A DNA stretch of 28,377 bases from an uncultured virus (IMG/VR IMGVR_UViG_3300042860_000278) (lineage: Duplodnaviria; Heunggongvirae; Uroviricota; Caudoviricetes). Shown one piece after another: positions 8,196-18,155 of the stretch (the first letter of the stretch is position 1; each line of letters starts with the position of its first letter). The notes under the pieces are model-generated. The model did not search any database and was not told the DNA's origin. It saw only the letters and a program-made list of their open reading frames with translations. The stretch is taken from IMG/VR virus record IMGVR_UViG_3300042860_000278; one strand, 5' to 3'. The translations under genes were made by a program, and so were the position numbers.

Positions 8196-9026
8196 TTATC
8201 CGATTAATTGTCGGGGGTCGTAGGGCTGTGAAAGTAATTGCTGTTTTTGCCGTTGCAATTCAGCCGCTCGTTGAGCTTCAGCCGTTTTCGCCATTTCCAT
8301 TTGTGCAAGAAGTTGAGGATTTTGGCCTGTGTACATGCCCGCATAGGGTTCTTGCGGAACAGGCATACGCTGCTGATTAGAATAAGTCAGTGGGCCAATA
8401 CCACTAGGAGGTGGTGACGACGGATAAGGCACGGAACCACTCATCCCACCAAACAAACTACCAAGCCCACCGCTGTAGTTAGGCTCTGGAACGACACCTC
8501 GCGTGGCTTCAACCGGCATCCGCAACTGCATATCACTCATTGGCATATCCGGCATAGGACCAACCGGATACTCTCTCCGCATATCACTCAGTTGCCCACC
8601 ATCCGCGAACGGATTGCGGCGAGTAGGATACTCAGCAGGCATTACAGCGGGACGAGCCCTAGGAGGCGTATCCGGCATCACAGCGGGAACAAAACGCATC
8701 TCATCCGGTGGCGGAGGTGCCTCGACAGGCGAACCGTACGAGCGAAACGGACGAGCGTAAGCATTACCGCCACCCATACCGCCAAGCCCGTACGACCGCA
8801 CCTGCGGCTGTCGTGGCTGCATGAATGCCTGATCGTAGAACGTCGGCTGCGACGGCGGCATATAGACTTGCGGTTGCTGCGGCTGTTGCTGCGAATACGG
8901 GTTAGGGTTGTATCCACCCTTACCACCGCTCGGAGCCGGTGCGCTTTGCGCGTATGGTGCGCTAGGCTCGGGGGCTGCGCCCGTAGCTCCGGTTGAATAA
9001 CTTGGTGCGCTGCCGCCTGAACTCAT
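8196..9026 (-). CDS. Pro/Gly/Gln-rich low-complexity protein, probably internal virion (276 aa)
   Basis: Coupled ORF (ATGA overlap); contains GGKGG and FADGG motifs. Confidence 0.7.
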   Translation of the reverse strand: MSSGGSAPSYSTGATGAAPEPSAPYAQSAPAPSGGKGGYNPNPYSQQQPQQPQVYMPPSQPTFYDQAFMQPRQPQVRSYGLGGMGGGNAYARPFRSYGSPVEAPPPPDEMRFVPAVMPDTPPRARPAVMPAEYPTRRNPFADGGQLSDMRREYPVGPMPDMPMSDMQLRMPVEATRGVVPEPNYSGGLGSLFGGMSGSVPYPSSPPPSGIGPLTYSNQQRMPVPQEPYAGMYTGQNPQLLAQMEMAKTAEAQRAAELQRQKQQLLSQPYDPRQLIG

Positions 9027-10837
9027 GATCGTCGCCCCGGTATGTATTTTTCAGGTTTGATGGCTTTGGCCTGTCGCGACGTTTTAGTCCGCGCACGACG
9101 CACCTTGTCCATCATCTTATAGAGTTGTTTTGCCCCAGCATCTGTAGAGCCGTTCCCCAAGTGGGAGACTACATCAGCCGGAACTACAAACTCACCATCA
9201 GCCAACCGCGCCGGTTGCCGCCTCGTTCGACTGCGAATTTCAGCCGGGATGTTATCGGACATACCGTCACCCGGACCACGGAGAAGTCGGCCACCGTCTG
9301 AGTAACCACCCAGCGTACTGATGCCGCCCTGATTGAACTGCATCATGCCGGGGTTCATGTCCATCAGTTCGTTTTCAGCCATGCGGTTATAAATGTCGCT
9401 AGTGTCGAATCTAAACGGTCCCGCATTAAAGTCTTGACCGAACTGCTGCCCAAACAAGGAGGCATAGTCATTACCACCACCCAAGTCAGGCGTAGTGGTC
9501 TGCTGGGCAGTTTGAGCAGGTTCAAACTTCTGGGTTTGTGGATTGTAGGTCTCACTACCCGAGGTGTACCCAGTCACAAAAGGATTAATCCCTTGCATAA
9601 ATGACGGGTCAAAACCCGCTAGTACGCTGGGGTCAAATCCTTGGAAATTATTAAAATTGTAGAGATCCTGCACATCTGGGCCGGTTCTATCTCTATTATC
9701 TCTTCTGTCATCTCTTCTGTCGTCTTTGTCCCTTCCATCATCCTTCGGAGGAGGCGTAGTTGGAGGCGGGGGCGTAGTCGGAGGAGGTGTAGTCGGAGGG
9801 GGTGCAGCCGGAGGTGCAACGTAAGTCGGTGACGTTTTAGGCGTACCCGCCGTTATGAATTTGTTCAGGTCACCCAGATACTGCCCCAAAGCCGGGTTGG
9901 CCGGAGCAGTCCGGGGCGGAGGCGTTAACATGCTCCGGTAGTAGTCTTCCATAGTAGGCGGAGGAGTAGGCGGAGGCCTAATAGGCATGGTGTCAAATAC
10001 AGGTTCATCACCTTTCGCTTTACTACTCTCAGCTTTACTACTCTCAGCCTTGCCACCTTCAGCCATGCCCAGAGGCATCTGGGTCGTAAACTGCCCCGGC
10101 GTAAACCGCTGGGTGAAGTACGCCTGACCCGGCTGGTCACGGTTCGGGTTGAGTTCCTGCTGAAACTCCGTACCGGTGTAGAACATCGGCGGAGCAGTCT
10201 TGGGGGCTTTGAGCGGATCAGGCTCAGCCAACAGCATGGGAGCCGCTGCCGCAGCCATAGCAGCCTTGCCGCCAAACATGCCACCGATACCCGGAATACT
10301 GGCGGTAACAGCTTCGCGCGCCGCAGCATCGCCAAGAGAAGCAATACCACGCCCTATATTAGCTAAGTTACCGGTGCCGGTACCCGCGCCAACGGTGGAC
10401 TTCATGATATTTCCAGCGGCGGTTTTTGAGGCTTCTTTAAGCGCCTCGCCCGTCAAACCAGCACCAGCACTTGCTCCAGTTCCGGCCAACGCCGAACCAA
10501 TTCCAGCCCCACCAAACGCGCCAAGACCGGCCAGAAGACCCTTCTTCCAGTCCTTTTCAACGAGACCCGTACCCGCACCAACGAGCAGGGCAGCACTTAG
10601 ACCGCCCGTGAACGGGGCAAGCACCGCACCAAGCACGGTCGGCAGGATGGACTTCAGGAACCCAGCCTTGGGGAGTCCAGTCTCGGGGTTAATCTCAAGC
10701 GACCCCCCATGCGCCATAGCCAGCGACTGCAACCCCTGCACTTCACTGGGGGTCATGTGGACGAGCATGGAGTCATCGCCGCCGCCCCGTGATGCAACGA
10801 GGGAGGCAAGACCACCAAGAGGATAATTGCTGTTCAT
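9023..10837 (-). CDS. Putative internal virion/ejection protein (604 aa)
   Basis: DSMLVHMTPSEV...INPETGLP N-terminal motif, Gly/Ala hydrophobic segment, Pro-rich linker, and C-terminal GPGDGMSDNIPA...RLADGEFVVPADVV motif recognised from phage virion proteins. Confidence 0.75.
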   Translation of the reverse strand: MNSNYPLGGLASLVASRGGGDDSMLVHMTPSEVQGLQSLAMAHGGSLEINPETGLPKAGFLKSILPTVLGAVLAPFTGGLSAALLVGAGTGLVEKDWKKGLLAGLGAFGGAGIGSALAGTGASAGAGLTGEALKEASKTAAGNIMKSTVGAGTGTGNLANIGRGIASLGDAAAREAVTASIPGIGGMFGGKAAMAAAAAPMLLAEPDPLKAPKTAPPMFYTGTEFQQELNPNRDQPGQAYFTQRFTPGQFTTQMPLGMAEGGKAESSKAESSKAKGDEPVFDTMPIRPPPTPPPTMEDYYRSMLTPPPRTAPANPALGQYLGDLNKFITAGTPKTSPTYVAPPAAPPPTTPPPTTPPPPTTPPPKDDGRDKDDRRDDRRDNRDRTGPDVQDLYNFNNFQGFDPSVLAGFDPSFMQGINPFVTGYTSGSETYNPQTQKFEPAQTAQQTTTPDLGGGNDYASLFGQQFGQDFNAGPFRFDTSDIYNRMAENELMDMNPGMMQFNQGGISTLGGYSDGGRLLRGPGDGMSDNIPAEIRSRTRRQPARLADGEFVVPADVVSHLGNGSTDAGAKQLYKMMDKVRRARTKTSRQAKAIKPEKYIPGRRS

Positions 10838-10861
10838 ACTTCCCCCACGGGGTCAAGTTTT

Positions 10862-10875
10862 ACGAATAGTATCAC
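10862..10875 (-). promoter_or_regulatory. Candidate extended -10 promoter (TG-n-TACTAT) upstream of the ejection module
   Basis: Minus strand GTGATACTATTCGT in one of the few intergenic gaps; no clear -35. Confidence 0.35.
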
Positions 10876-10877
10876 TG

Positions 10878-11471
10878 CTAGGCCTCGTAATTCGATACCC
10901 AGTTGACAGTCAGGATGATCGATGGGATGGCTGGAATATTGCCACTTGCCGCTACGTAAGGGATGACTACGTTAGTGTCAGCAGCCTCCCAAGCCAACTC
11001 AAAATAGTCATTGGCTTCCAATACCAACATAAAATTCCAAGCGGCCACGATCTCGTTGTTGGGGCCGTCAATGACAATCTTGGTAGCCGAGTCCGGCAGA
11101 TTGACTCCGTTGATCCGGGGCCAAATGTAGACCGCACTAGCCGAACCGCCAGTCTTGTCTAACTGAGCCGAGAACTGAAAGTTAAAAACCCCAGTCTCAT
11201 TAACAAATATCTTCGACGTTGGAACGCCGCGAGTAACTTTAAATTCAGAAACAACTGAGTTGTACGTAAACAAATTGACTGTATTGGCTACCGGATTCGT
11301 CTGCGTCGTGGTGTCAAAATACGAAGCATGAGGCGTAGGCGAGTTGACCTTGCTTGTCAGGCTTGTAAAGAAAAGTCGTAATACGCTCGACAACTGATCC
11401 TGATATTTCCGTTCGTAAGCATTCGGAGCAACAGGAAGACTTGGAGGTACGACACCGCGAGGATTTGCCAT
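10878..11471 (-). CDS. Virion tail protein (197 aa; needle/plug-like position, beta-rich C-terminal domain)
   Basis: LPVAPNAYERKYQDQLSSVLRLFF N-terminal helix followed by a beta-rich domain; directly after the nozzle-like gene. Confidence 0.6.
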   Translation of the reverse strand: MANPRGVVPPSLPVAPNAYERKYQDQLSSVLRLFFTSLTSKVNSPTPHASYFDTTTQTNPVANTVNLFTYNSVVSEFKVTRGVPTSKIFVNETGVFNFQFSAQLDKTGGSASAVYIWPRINGVNLPDSATKIVIDGPNNEIVAAWNFMLVLEANDYFELAWEAADTNVVIPYVAASGNIPAIPSIILTVNWVSNYEA

Positions 11472-13804
11472 CAGCGTCGTCCGTCTGGTCTAATATCAAT
11501 ACGCATCGCGCCTACCTGCCAAGTTTCACCTAGTGCAGTAGAAGCCACACGAAAGGCAACCTGCCTCCCTCTGATGCGGGTATAGACCTGTCCGTTATAT
11601 TGATCAGCCGCAATCGGAATAGTCGCAGTCACATACGGGCTGCTTGACGAGTTGTACGCCGAGCCTGAGTTCTGCCGAGCCTTGATAGTCAGCAACACAT
11701 TTGGCGGATTTGGGTTTGGACTCTGTTCTGTCCCTGCCGTCGATCCTGCAAACGTGAGGTCAGGCAAAATACGCCAGACGTAGGCAAAGTTATGTCCCTC
11801 GCCAATATCAAAGTCTGACGATTCGATGTATGCCTCAATAGGTTGCGGAGATGGGCCTGAGTCATCATCAAGACCAAACTCTTGCAATAACACTTGGTTT
11901 GGCACCCGCAGCGTTACATCTGAGTTGATGACATGACTTGCGGCGGTAGTTTGATTGACTCCACGAATGCAGTTCGGCAGTTCGTTTGGATTATCAATTG
12001 ATTTGCCGCTGTACGAGATTTGCTCCGAGTCAATCAAAACGGTGCCTGAATCCGGATATGACGAGCCGTTGATCAGAGTAATCGTCGTCTGAGTAGCATT
12101 AATGGCAGCATCAAGATAAGAAGACTGAACGCCAAACGCAGCTAGCGGGTATTCACGAAGACTCTGCTCAGCCCACGCTGAACGGTTCAATGTGCCGTAG
12201 TACCAGCTTTGTTCAAGGTAATTATAAATGACGTAGCTATCGTTGACCGTGCTGTTAGCAGACGGGTAGAACCACCAGATCTCGCTGAAACCTTCATTGT
12301 GTCCGCAGGCGACCTGCGCCGCTTGAGACATATTAATGTTGTTGAACACGAACGTACGCAACGTACATGGCAGCGTCTCGACACGACCAGTGTAGGCGTA
12401 GAACTTATCTCGTCCCATCCAATACGTGACGTTGTTCACAGTTCGCAGACAGTTCTGCGAGATGATGGAAATGTCTTGGTCTAGGAGGTTAAAACTCCAC
12501 ACGAACGGAGGCCCGATGTACTGCATCGAATAGATGGCAGCGTCAGTCCAGACCAGCAATTCTTGACGAGAGTTATCCGATGCAACGATGTACGAGCCGT
12601 GCGACAGACGTTGTTCACCAGACTGGTTGGTAACTTCAGGCACCCACTCCCACGGGTTATCTTGGTCAGCCCAACGCACAAGGAGCGGGTCAAAGTCAGT
12701 CGTGAAGTCAGTCGGATCGTATGGAGTTGCTCCCATGCAAACCGTGAAGTCGTTAATAGCCGAGTCGATGACCAGATTTACTTCTCGCGGAACATGACGA
12801 CCGGCGTAGCTAAAGTCCAACGTCAACGTGCCTGATGCAGTCGCAGCGGCAGACAAAGGAACGGTTAAGCCACCAGCCCAAGTTTCAAGAACGTACGCGC
12901 CAGCGGGGATGTTTGTTCCGGTTACAACCGAGCCAGTATTGATACCAGTTGCATCAGAGACAGTGATGGTCGTTGCGCCAGACGTAGTTATGCCAACGCT
13001 TGAAAATTTAACAACTGAATTGGCTTTGGTTGAAAGCGTAACTGCCCGTGCCCAAGTCGTCGTGTCACGTTCCCAATAGAAAACTTCTCCGCCACGTTCA
13101 GCGAAGATAATGTCGTTACCGTAGTTAAACGCAGACCAGATACGAAGTTGAACGCCTTCTGGAACATTTGACCCCCAGCCACCAGCGCCCCACGGGGGTC
13201 CGCCCCAACCTACACCGGTTGTATATACAGCGTTGCCAGCGTTGATATCAAACGTAGCAATTACAGCCGAACCTCCACCCGTAACAGCAGAGACGTTGAT
13301 AGATGGTGAGAAGATCGTGAATGTGTTGCCGCTAGGTATAGAGACAACTTCATACGGACCATTTATGTACAGAGGCTGACCACCGACAGTCAGCGTAGTC
13401 GCACCTGAGAACGATACATACGTGCCAAGCGACAGCCCGTGTGCTGATTTGGCGACGAATATGTTCCGAGTATTTGCTTCTGTAGTAAAAGGATTAACAG
13501 TCAGACTTGCAGTTGAAGCGGCCGGAGTGATGTCGTTGTAGTCACCGCCTAGTTCTACATAGACCTTCTGGTTGGTCCCAACGAACATCAAATTCAGTCC
13601 GTCTGTGGTGACGTAGTTCCAGAGGTATCGGGCAACACCATCATAGGTATCGCCAGTGTCAGAGGAGTTAGTCCAACCACCGATCTTCTGGGCATAGCCA
13701 GAACGAAAGCGAACCTTATCGCTGCTGTAGTAACCGCCTTCGTTGGCGTAGTTAGTGGATTCGCGGTTTACGCCAGCGCGGAATTGAAGTTTTTGCAGTG
13801 CCAT
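11471..13804 (-). CDS. Tail nozzle / tail tubular protein B-like (P22 gp10-like) protein (777 aa)
   Basis: Size, Trp/Tyr-rich propeller-like repeats (DPLLVRWADQ, ELLVWTD, EIWWFYPS) and C-terminal RIRGRQVAFRV...RIDIRPDGRR. Confidence 0.75.
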   Translation of the reverse strand: MALQKLQFRAGVNRESTNYANEGGYYSSDKVRFRSGYAQKIGGWTNSSDTGDTYDGVARYLWNYVTTDGLNLMFVGTNQKVYVELGGDYNDITPAASTASLTVNPFTTEANTRNIFVAKSAHGLSLGTYVSFSGATTLTVGGQPLYINGPYEVVSIPSGNTFTIFSPSINVSAVTGGGSAVIATFDINAGNAVYTTGVGWGGPPWGAGGWGSNVPEGVQLRIWSAFNYGNDIIFAERGGEVFYWERDTTTWARAVTLSTKANSVVKFSSVGITTSGATTITVSDATGINTGSVVTGTNIPAGAYVLETWAGGLTVPLSAAATASGTLTLDFSYAGRHVPREVNLVIDSAINDFTVCMGATPYDPTDFTTDFDPLLVRWADQDNPWEWVPEVTNQSGEQRLSHGSYIVASDNSRQELLVWTDAAIYSMQYIGPPFVWSFNLLDQDISIISQNCLRTVNNVTYWMGRDKFYAYTGRVETLPCTLRTFVFNNINMSQAAQVACGHNEGFSEIWWFYPSANSTVNDSYVIYNYLEQSWYYGTLNRSAWAEQSLREYPLAAFGVQSSYLDAAINATQTTITLINGSSYPDSGTVLIDSEQISYSGKSIDNPNELPNCIRGVNQTTAASHVINSDVTLRVPNQVLLQEFGLDDDSGPSPQPIEAYIESSDFDIGEGHNFAYVWRILPDLTFAGSTAGTEQSPNPNPPNVLLTIKARQNSGSAYNSSSSPYVTATIPIAADQYNGQVYTRIRGRQVAFRVASTALGETWQVGAMRIDIRPDGRR

Positions 13805-14292
13805 CAGGCAACTCCAGATAGATACAGCGCACGTTCATCGTTACGCCGTTTGACCAGACCCGGCAGCACTCTACCACCTGCCTTCGTCCACTTCAGAAAC
13901 TCGTCAGCCGCTTCCTCAAACTCGCCCCGATTTGTCTTCATCCGAAGGGAAGAACGCTGGAGATTGCCAAGACCCACGTTGAAGGCAAAACTAACGAGAG
14001 AATCGAAGACTCCCTGATTGCCAACAGCAGCAGGGCAAAGTCGAACCACACCACGCTCAAACCGGCCAAGGTCTTGAGAAAGTATCCGGTCCACCTCGTC
14101 CATCGTGAGAACCCGGTCCCAGCCTGCGGGTATCGGTAGATTTTTGCGCTCCTCATACTTCACCGTAGCGTGAGCGGGGTCAATCACATGGCCGACACCG
14201 ACAGTCCACAAAAGGGCAGGGCAGCGGTAAGGCTTGGTCCGTACCCCCTCGTGATGTTTGATCATGTCGATAGCAGCCTTGGAGACTTTCAC
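13804..14292 (-). CDS. Endolysin, GH24 phage lysozyme (162 aa from GTG)
   Basis: IKHHEG...PYRCPALLWTVGVGH catalytic region, FDSLVSFAFNVG and LPGLVKRR; GTG at 14292 overlaps the holin stop, so I prefer it to the ORF-track start at 14322. Confidence 0.92.
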   Translation of the reverse strand: MKVSKAAIDMIKHHEGVRTKPYRCPALLWTVGVGHVIDPAHATVKYEERKNLPIPAGWDRVLTMDEVDRILSQDLGRFERGVVRLCPAAVGNQGVFDSLVSFAFNVGLGNLQRSSLRMKTNRGEFEEAADEFLKWTKAGGRVLPGLVKRRNDERALYLSGVA

Positions 14293-14774
14293 TTCTTGCC
14301 GAACGCCTGCGTGCCGAACCAAAAGGCTATGATTGACGACAGTATGAGCATCTCGTCGTCAGAGAAAACTTCTGCCATCGCCGCAGCAAACGGAACGCCA
14401 GTGTTGTAGGCATACCAAACGCCCGCGATGTTGATAGCAACGAGTTCCAACACGAAGATGTAAGTCACGACCGGACGGACAGAAGCCCGGAGGTTGATCA
14501 TCCACTGACTCGCGCCTTTGCCGATTTCCATGTCGTGCTGATACAGGGCTTGGCGCTCTTCGCCTGCGGTCTGTGTCTGAATCTGCTCTAGTTTGATCTC
14601 TTCGACCCGAGCCTGAGCAATGAACCCACGCTCAGCCAGCGCCAACTCACGCTCCTTCTGAGCCGCAACCAAGGCTAACTCATGCTTTTTGTCTTGCCGG
14701 TCTTGGAAGATTTGCAGGATCTTAGGCAGCCCACCTGCGAGGAAAGACAAGAAGGTTGAAACCATTGTCATCAT
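14289..14774 (-). CDS. Holin-like membrane protein (161 aa)
   Basis: Hydrophobic segments, LRASVRPVVTY motif and IIAFWFG C-terminus; immediately upstream of the lysozyme. Confidence 0.75.
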   Translation of the reverse strand: MMTMVSTFLSFLAGGLPKILQIFQDRQDKKHELALVAAQKERELALAERGFIAQARVEEIKLEQIQTQTAGEERQALYQHDMEIGKGASQWMINLRASVRPVVTYIFVLELVAINIAGVWYAYNTGVPFAAAMAEVFSDDEMLILSSIIAFWFGTQAFGKK

Positions 14775-16108
14775 GGGTGCGTCCTCTTGTACTCGTCGAA
14801 CTCGGCTTTGAGTTCTTGGATAGCTTTGATTAGCGGGGCAATAAATTCGCCATACGCCAACGTAACGCGATCTTCACCGCCATCAATAGTTCCATCTTTG
14901 TATCCGCCAAAATCCGTGCCGATGCTGTCCATGACCGCTTTAACTTCTTGAGCGATCAAACCTTGATGCAAACGGTTACGCTTCTTGGAACCATCATGAG
15001 TCAGGTTTTCCAACTTACAGGCTTCATTGTACGCATCCCACTCTTCCTTGGTCGCATCCGGACCCGGCTTTGGAGGTCTGTAATCTTCGCGGTAGTCCCA
15101 GCGATACATTACTGGACGAAGAGCCATAATAAAGTTCAAGCCAAGATTAGTATTTTGTACGTCTGCCTTATCACGGATGTCAGAGGCGCGATCTACAACG
15201 GCACCATAGGCGTAAGCAGTAGTGCCAGAATTACCCAACTGCACTTGGTTACTGCCAGTAACAGCAGAGTCATAACCAAGGCAGGTAGAATTGCTGAAAT
15301 TACCTGTTAAATAGGCAGAGTCACCAAGAGCAGCATTGGTGCTTCCAGTGCTTATGTTGGTACCAGCTTGATATCCAACCAAAGTATTTGCTGGACCAGT
15401 GGTCACACTGTCTCCAGCCTGATAACCAATTAAAGTATTCCAGTTTGCGGTTGTAAGGGCTAAACCGGTGCTTCCGCCAATACAGGTATTAGACCCGCCA
15501 GTTGTAATGGCGGTACCCGCATTGTTTCCAAACACAGTATTACCGGAACCGGTCGTCATACTGTCGCCAGCGTTAGCGCCAACAGCCGTATTCTCGGTCC
15601 CGCTTCCAGCACCTTTACCAACAAGTACGCTATTGATAGAAGCGTTATTGCTTACAGTTAGACTCGTAACTGTAAGATTGGTTAGGGTTACACTGCCGCC
15701 GCCAGTAGAAATATAAGTAGTTGCTTCAATAACATCTGTGCCGTTGCTAACCAGAATCTTCTTGTCGCCTTGAGGGATGGAAATACCCGTCTGACCAGCG
15801 ACCTTCATTGTGATCGTGCCGGAGGTGCAGTTGTTGTAGACGAAATAGAGTTTCTTGTTGGACGGGACAATGACCGTGCTGCCGTTACCCGTGAACTCCA
15901 AGTACATGTTACGGGCTACGCCGGTTGAGCCATTCGGGATGGTAAGGGTTAGCGTGACTCCAGAGGTTAGGGCTTGAGTTTCGTACCCAGAAATGGCCTG
16001 CTCAAGCAGGGTTCCCAAGTTAGTATTGGTGATATCACCCCAAGTACCGGGGTTATCGTTGGTGCCCTGAAGAGTCAGAGCAAGGTTAGTTGAATAACTT
16101 GTAGCCAT
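14771..16108 (-). CDS. Tail fibre/spike with C-terminal peptidase S74 intramolecular chaperone (445 aa)
   Basis: 17-aa NTxxGxxAG..TTG repeats; SDIRDK...LRPVMYRW, HQGLIAQEV and a terminal coiled coil (PLIKAIQELK). Confidence 0.88.
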   Translation of the reverse strand: MATSYSTNLALTLQGTNDNPGTWGDITNTNLGTLLEQAISGYETQALTSGVTLTLTIPNGSTGVARNMYLEFTGNGSTVIVPSNKKLYFVYNNCTSGTITMKVAGQTGISIPQGDKKILVSNGTDVIEATTYISTGGGSVTLTNLTVTSLTVSNNASINSVLVGKGAGSGTENTAVGANAGDSMTTGSGNTVFGNNAGTAITTGGSNTCIGGSTGLALTTANWNTLIGYQAGDSVTTGPANTLVGYQAGTNISTGSTNAALGDSAYLTGNFSNSTCLGYDSAVTGSNQVQLGNSGTTAYAYGAVVDRASDIRDKADVQNTNLGLNFIMALRPVMYRWDYREDYRPPKPGPDATKEEWDAYNEACKLENLTHDGSKKRNRLHQGLIAQEVKAVMDSIGTDFGGYKDGTIDGGEDRVTLAYGEFIAPLIKAIQELKAEFDEYKRTHP

Positions 16109-16118
16109 CTTTAAGCCT

Positions 16119-16808
16119 CTACGCCGCTATTGGCGTCCAAATATCTGTATCGCCCGTACTAATCGGTGTCCAAACTGACGCTGACGGATCGGGGATTGGT
16201 GTCCACGGCCCGGTCGGAACAGGGATAATCTTACCCCAAACAGTGACTTGGCCCACAGACCCGGTAGCCGACACGCCCGTAACGAAGACTGTAGCCGACC
16301 CTGAGACTGCGACCGTACCAATCTGACCTGTGGCCGAAACCCCGGTGACAGGCACATCGACAAATACGGCGACACTAACGGTGCCTGTTTCCCCTGTCGC
16401 TTCAAGCCCAGTGACAGGGGCGTTGGCTGCGGCAGTAACATTTACGTTACCAACCTGACCGTTGGCTTCGACACCAACGGCAAAGACATCAGCGTTGGCG
16501 GCGACTTGAACCGTACCAACTTCGCCAGTCGCCTCAACTCCGGTAAGGAAGATGTAGGCTTCGCCCGTGACCGTAACCGTTCCAAGTTGGCCTGTAGCCT
16601 CAACTCCGGTGACAGAAACATTGGCTTCGCCAAAGACAAAAACCGTTCCAATCTGACCATTAGCCTCAACGCCATCAACAAAAGCGTTGGCATCAGCAAC
16701 AACAAGAACGGTACCGACAAATCCATTGCCCTGCACCCCAGTGACAACAATAGCCCCTTCCCCCAGTGCGGAGAATGGTGCTGCTGAAAGGGGTACAAAA
16801 CCGAGCAT
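16119..16808 (-). CDS. Beta-repeat virion protein (229 aa) with about 8 x 22-aa repeats
   Basis: VTGVEATGQLGTVTVTGEAYIF-type repeats; C-terminal WTPI x3. Confidence 0.8.
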   Translation of the reverse strand: MLGFVPLSAAPFSALGEGAIVVTGVQGNGFVGTVLVVADANAFVDGVEANGQIGTVFVFGEANVSVTGVEATGQLGTVTVTGEAYIFLTGVEATGEVGTVQVAANADVFAVGVEANGQVGNVNVTAAANAPVTGLEATGETGTVSVAVFVDVPVTGVSATGQIGTVAVSGSATVFVTGVSATGSVGQVTVWGKIIPVPTGPWTPIPDPSASVWTPISTGDTDIWTPIAA

Positions 16809-16830
16809 GTTAGTTAGTGATTAAAAACTT

Positions 16831-17658
16831 TTAAAACGTGATTGAGCCAGAACCAGTCCATTTATAAATACGATATCCACCAGATACCGTGTAAGTTGGT
16901 GATCCCGTTGTAGAGGCTGCTGGTCCTTTTGAGTCGGAATAACGAATAATTACAATTCCAGAACCACCGCTGATTGTTCCGCCTCTACCGGAATTGGTGC
17001 CACCACCACCGCCGCCAGTATTTGCAGTACCGGGATACCCCGGAGTGCTGCTGTAATTTGATCCATCACCACCACCACCGGTGCCGCCAACGCCAACAAA
17101 GCCAAATCCGCAACCACCACCGCCGCCAGCATAAGTTACCGATGCACCGCTAATTGAACTTGCCGTGCCATCGCCGCCGTATCCACCTTGATCGGTGTTT
17201 CCCGCTTCGCTTGCACCGCCACCGCCACCACCCCAAGCAACAACAGGGCTTCCGCCGTCATTGTAACCTTGACCGCCACCAAATCCCTGACCCGCAGTCC
17301 CCGCGCCGCCAGAGCCAAATGCACCGGAAATTTCACCGCCGCCACCGCCAGAGCCGCCACTTGATCCATTATTAGAATTAGTCGCTCCAGCGCCACCTCC
17401 AGTTGCAGTAGTGGTTCGCCAAGATGAATTAGAGCCGTTATTTCCAGCAGACCCTCCGCCGCCGACAGTAACGGTATATGAAACACCTTGAGAAATACTG
17501 CTGTCAGTTCCTGTTAAGTAACCACCAGCGCCACCGCCGCCGCCCAATCCATTGGAACTTGAACCACCGCCACCGCCCGCGACAACCAAATATTCAACAG
17601 AAGTAGGTGGGGGTAATGCATAGATACCCCCGAGAAATAATTGCTGAAGTCCACTCAT
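16831..17658 (-). CDS. Glycine-rich domain protein, putative receptor-binding tip (275 aa)
   Basis: VEYLVVAGGGGG...GGGGAGG, GGSGIVIIRY and GGYRIYKWTGSGSITF. Confidence 0.82.
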   Translation of the reverse strand: MSGLQQLFLGGIYALPPPTSVEYLVVAGGGGGSSSNGLGGGGGAGGYLTGTDSSISQGVSYTVTVGGGGSAGNNGSNSSWRTTTATGGGAGATNSNNGSSGGSGGGGGEISGAFGSGGAGTAGQGFGGGQGYNDGGSPVVAWGGGGGGASEAGNTDQGGYGGDGTASSISGASVTYAGGGGGCGFGFVGVGGTGGGGDGSNYSSTPGYPGTANTGGGGGGTNSGRGGTISGGSGIVIIRYSDSKGPAASTTGSPTYTVSGGYRIYKWTGSGSITF

Positions 17659-18146
17659 GTCAGATTGCCGGACAGGATGCAGTATGACGGATTGATAAAA
17701 AGGATGTTCGCTATACCACGAGTTGCGAGAGTAGCGCCTGTTCGATTGGTATTAGTTCCAACAACGTAAGCAGTCGTAGTGCTGATATTGATACTGACGT
17801 TGCCAGTCGTGTCGTTATAGACAGATACAGCGTTGCCAGTTGAGAAGGTGTTGTTTGGAACAAGTACCTTTCCGCTAGTACCAATCGTGATGAACTCACC
17901 GATGTCAGAAATCGTGAGGGTGTACTCAGACGTTTTAGCAGCACCGGCTGACGGGATGTTGCGGACGTTACCCACGCCATCCGATACGGTTGTGAACGTA
18001 GCATTAGTGCCAGACAAAGTAGAGATAGTGACTGACTGACCACTACCAATTCCAATGGCTGTAACACCACCAGTCTGAATGTTTAATTCGGACGTAGAGT
18101 CAGCGGTAGATACGATGCCATTCTGGGCATTGATTACGTTAGCCAT
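17655..18146 (-). CDS. Tail-fibre adaptor-like protein (163 aa)
   Basis: Thr/Ser/Gly beta-rich, with YTLTISDIG motif; coupled to the Gly-rich gene. Confidence 0.65.
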   Translation of the reverse strand: MANVINAQNGIVSTADSTSELNIQTGGVTAIGIGSGQSVTISTLSGTNATFTTVSDGVGNVRNIPSAGAAKTSEYTLTISDIGEFITIGTSGKVLVPNNTFSTGNAVSVYNDTTGNVSINISTTTAYVVGTNTNRTGATLATRGIANILFINPSYCILSGNLT

Positions 18147-18155
18147 GTCTTACTC

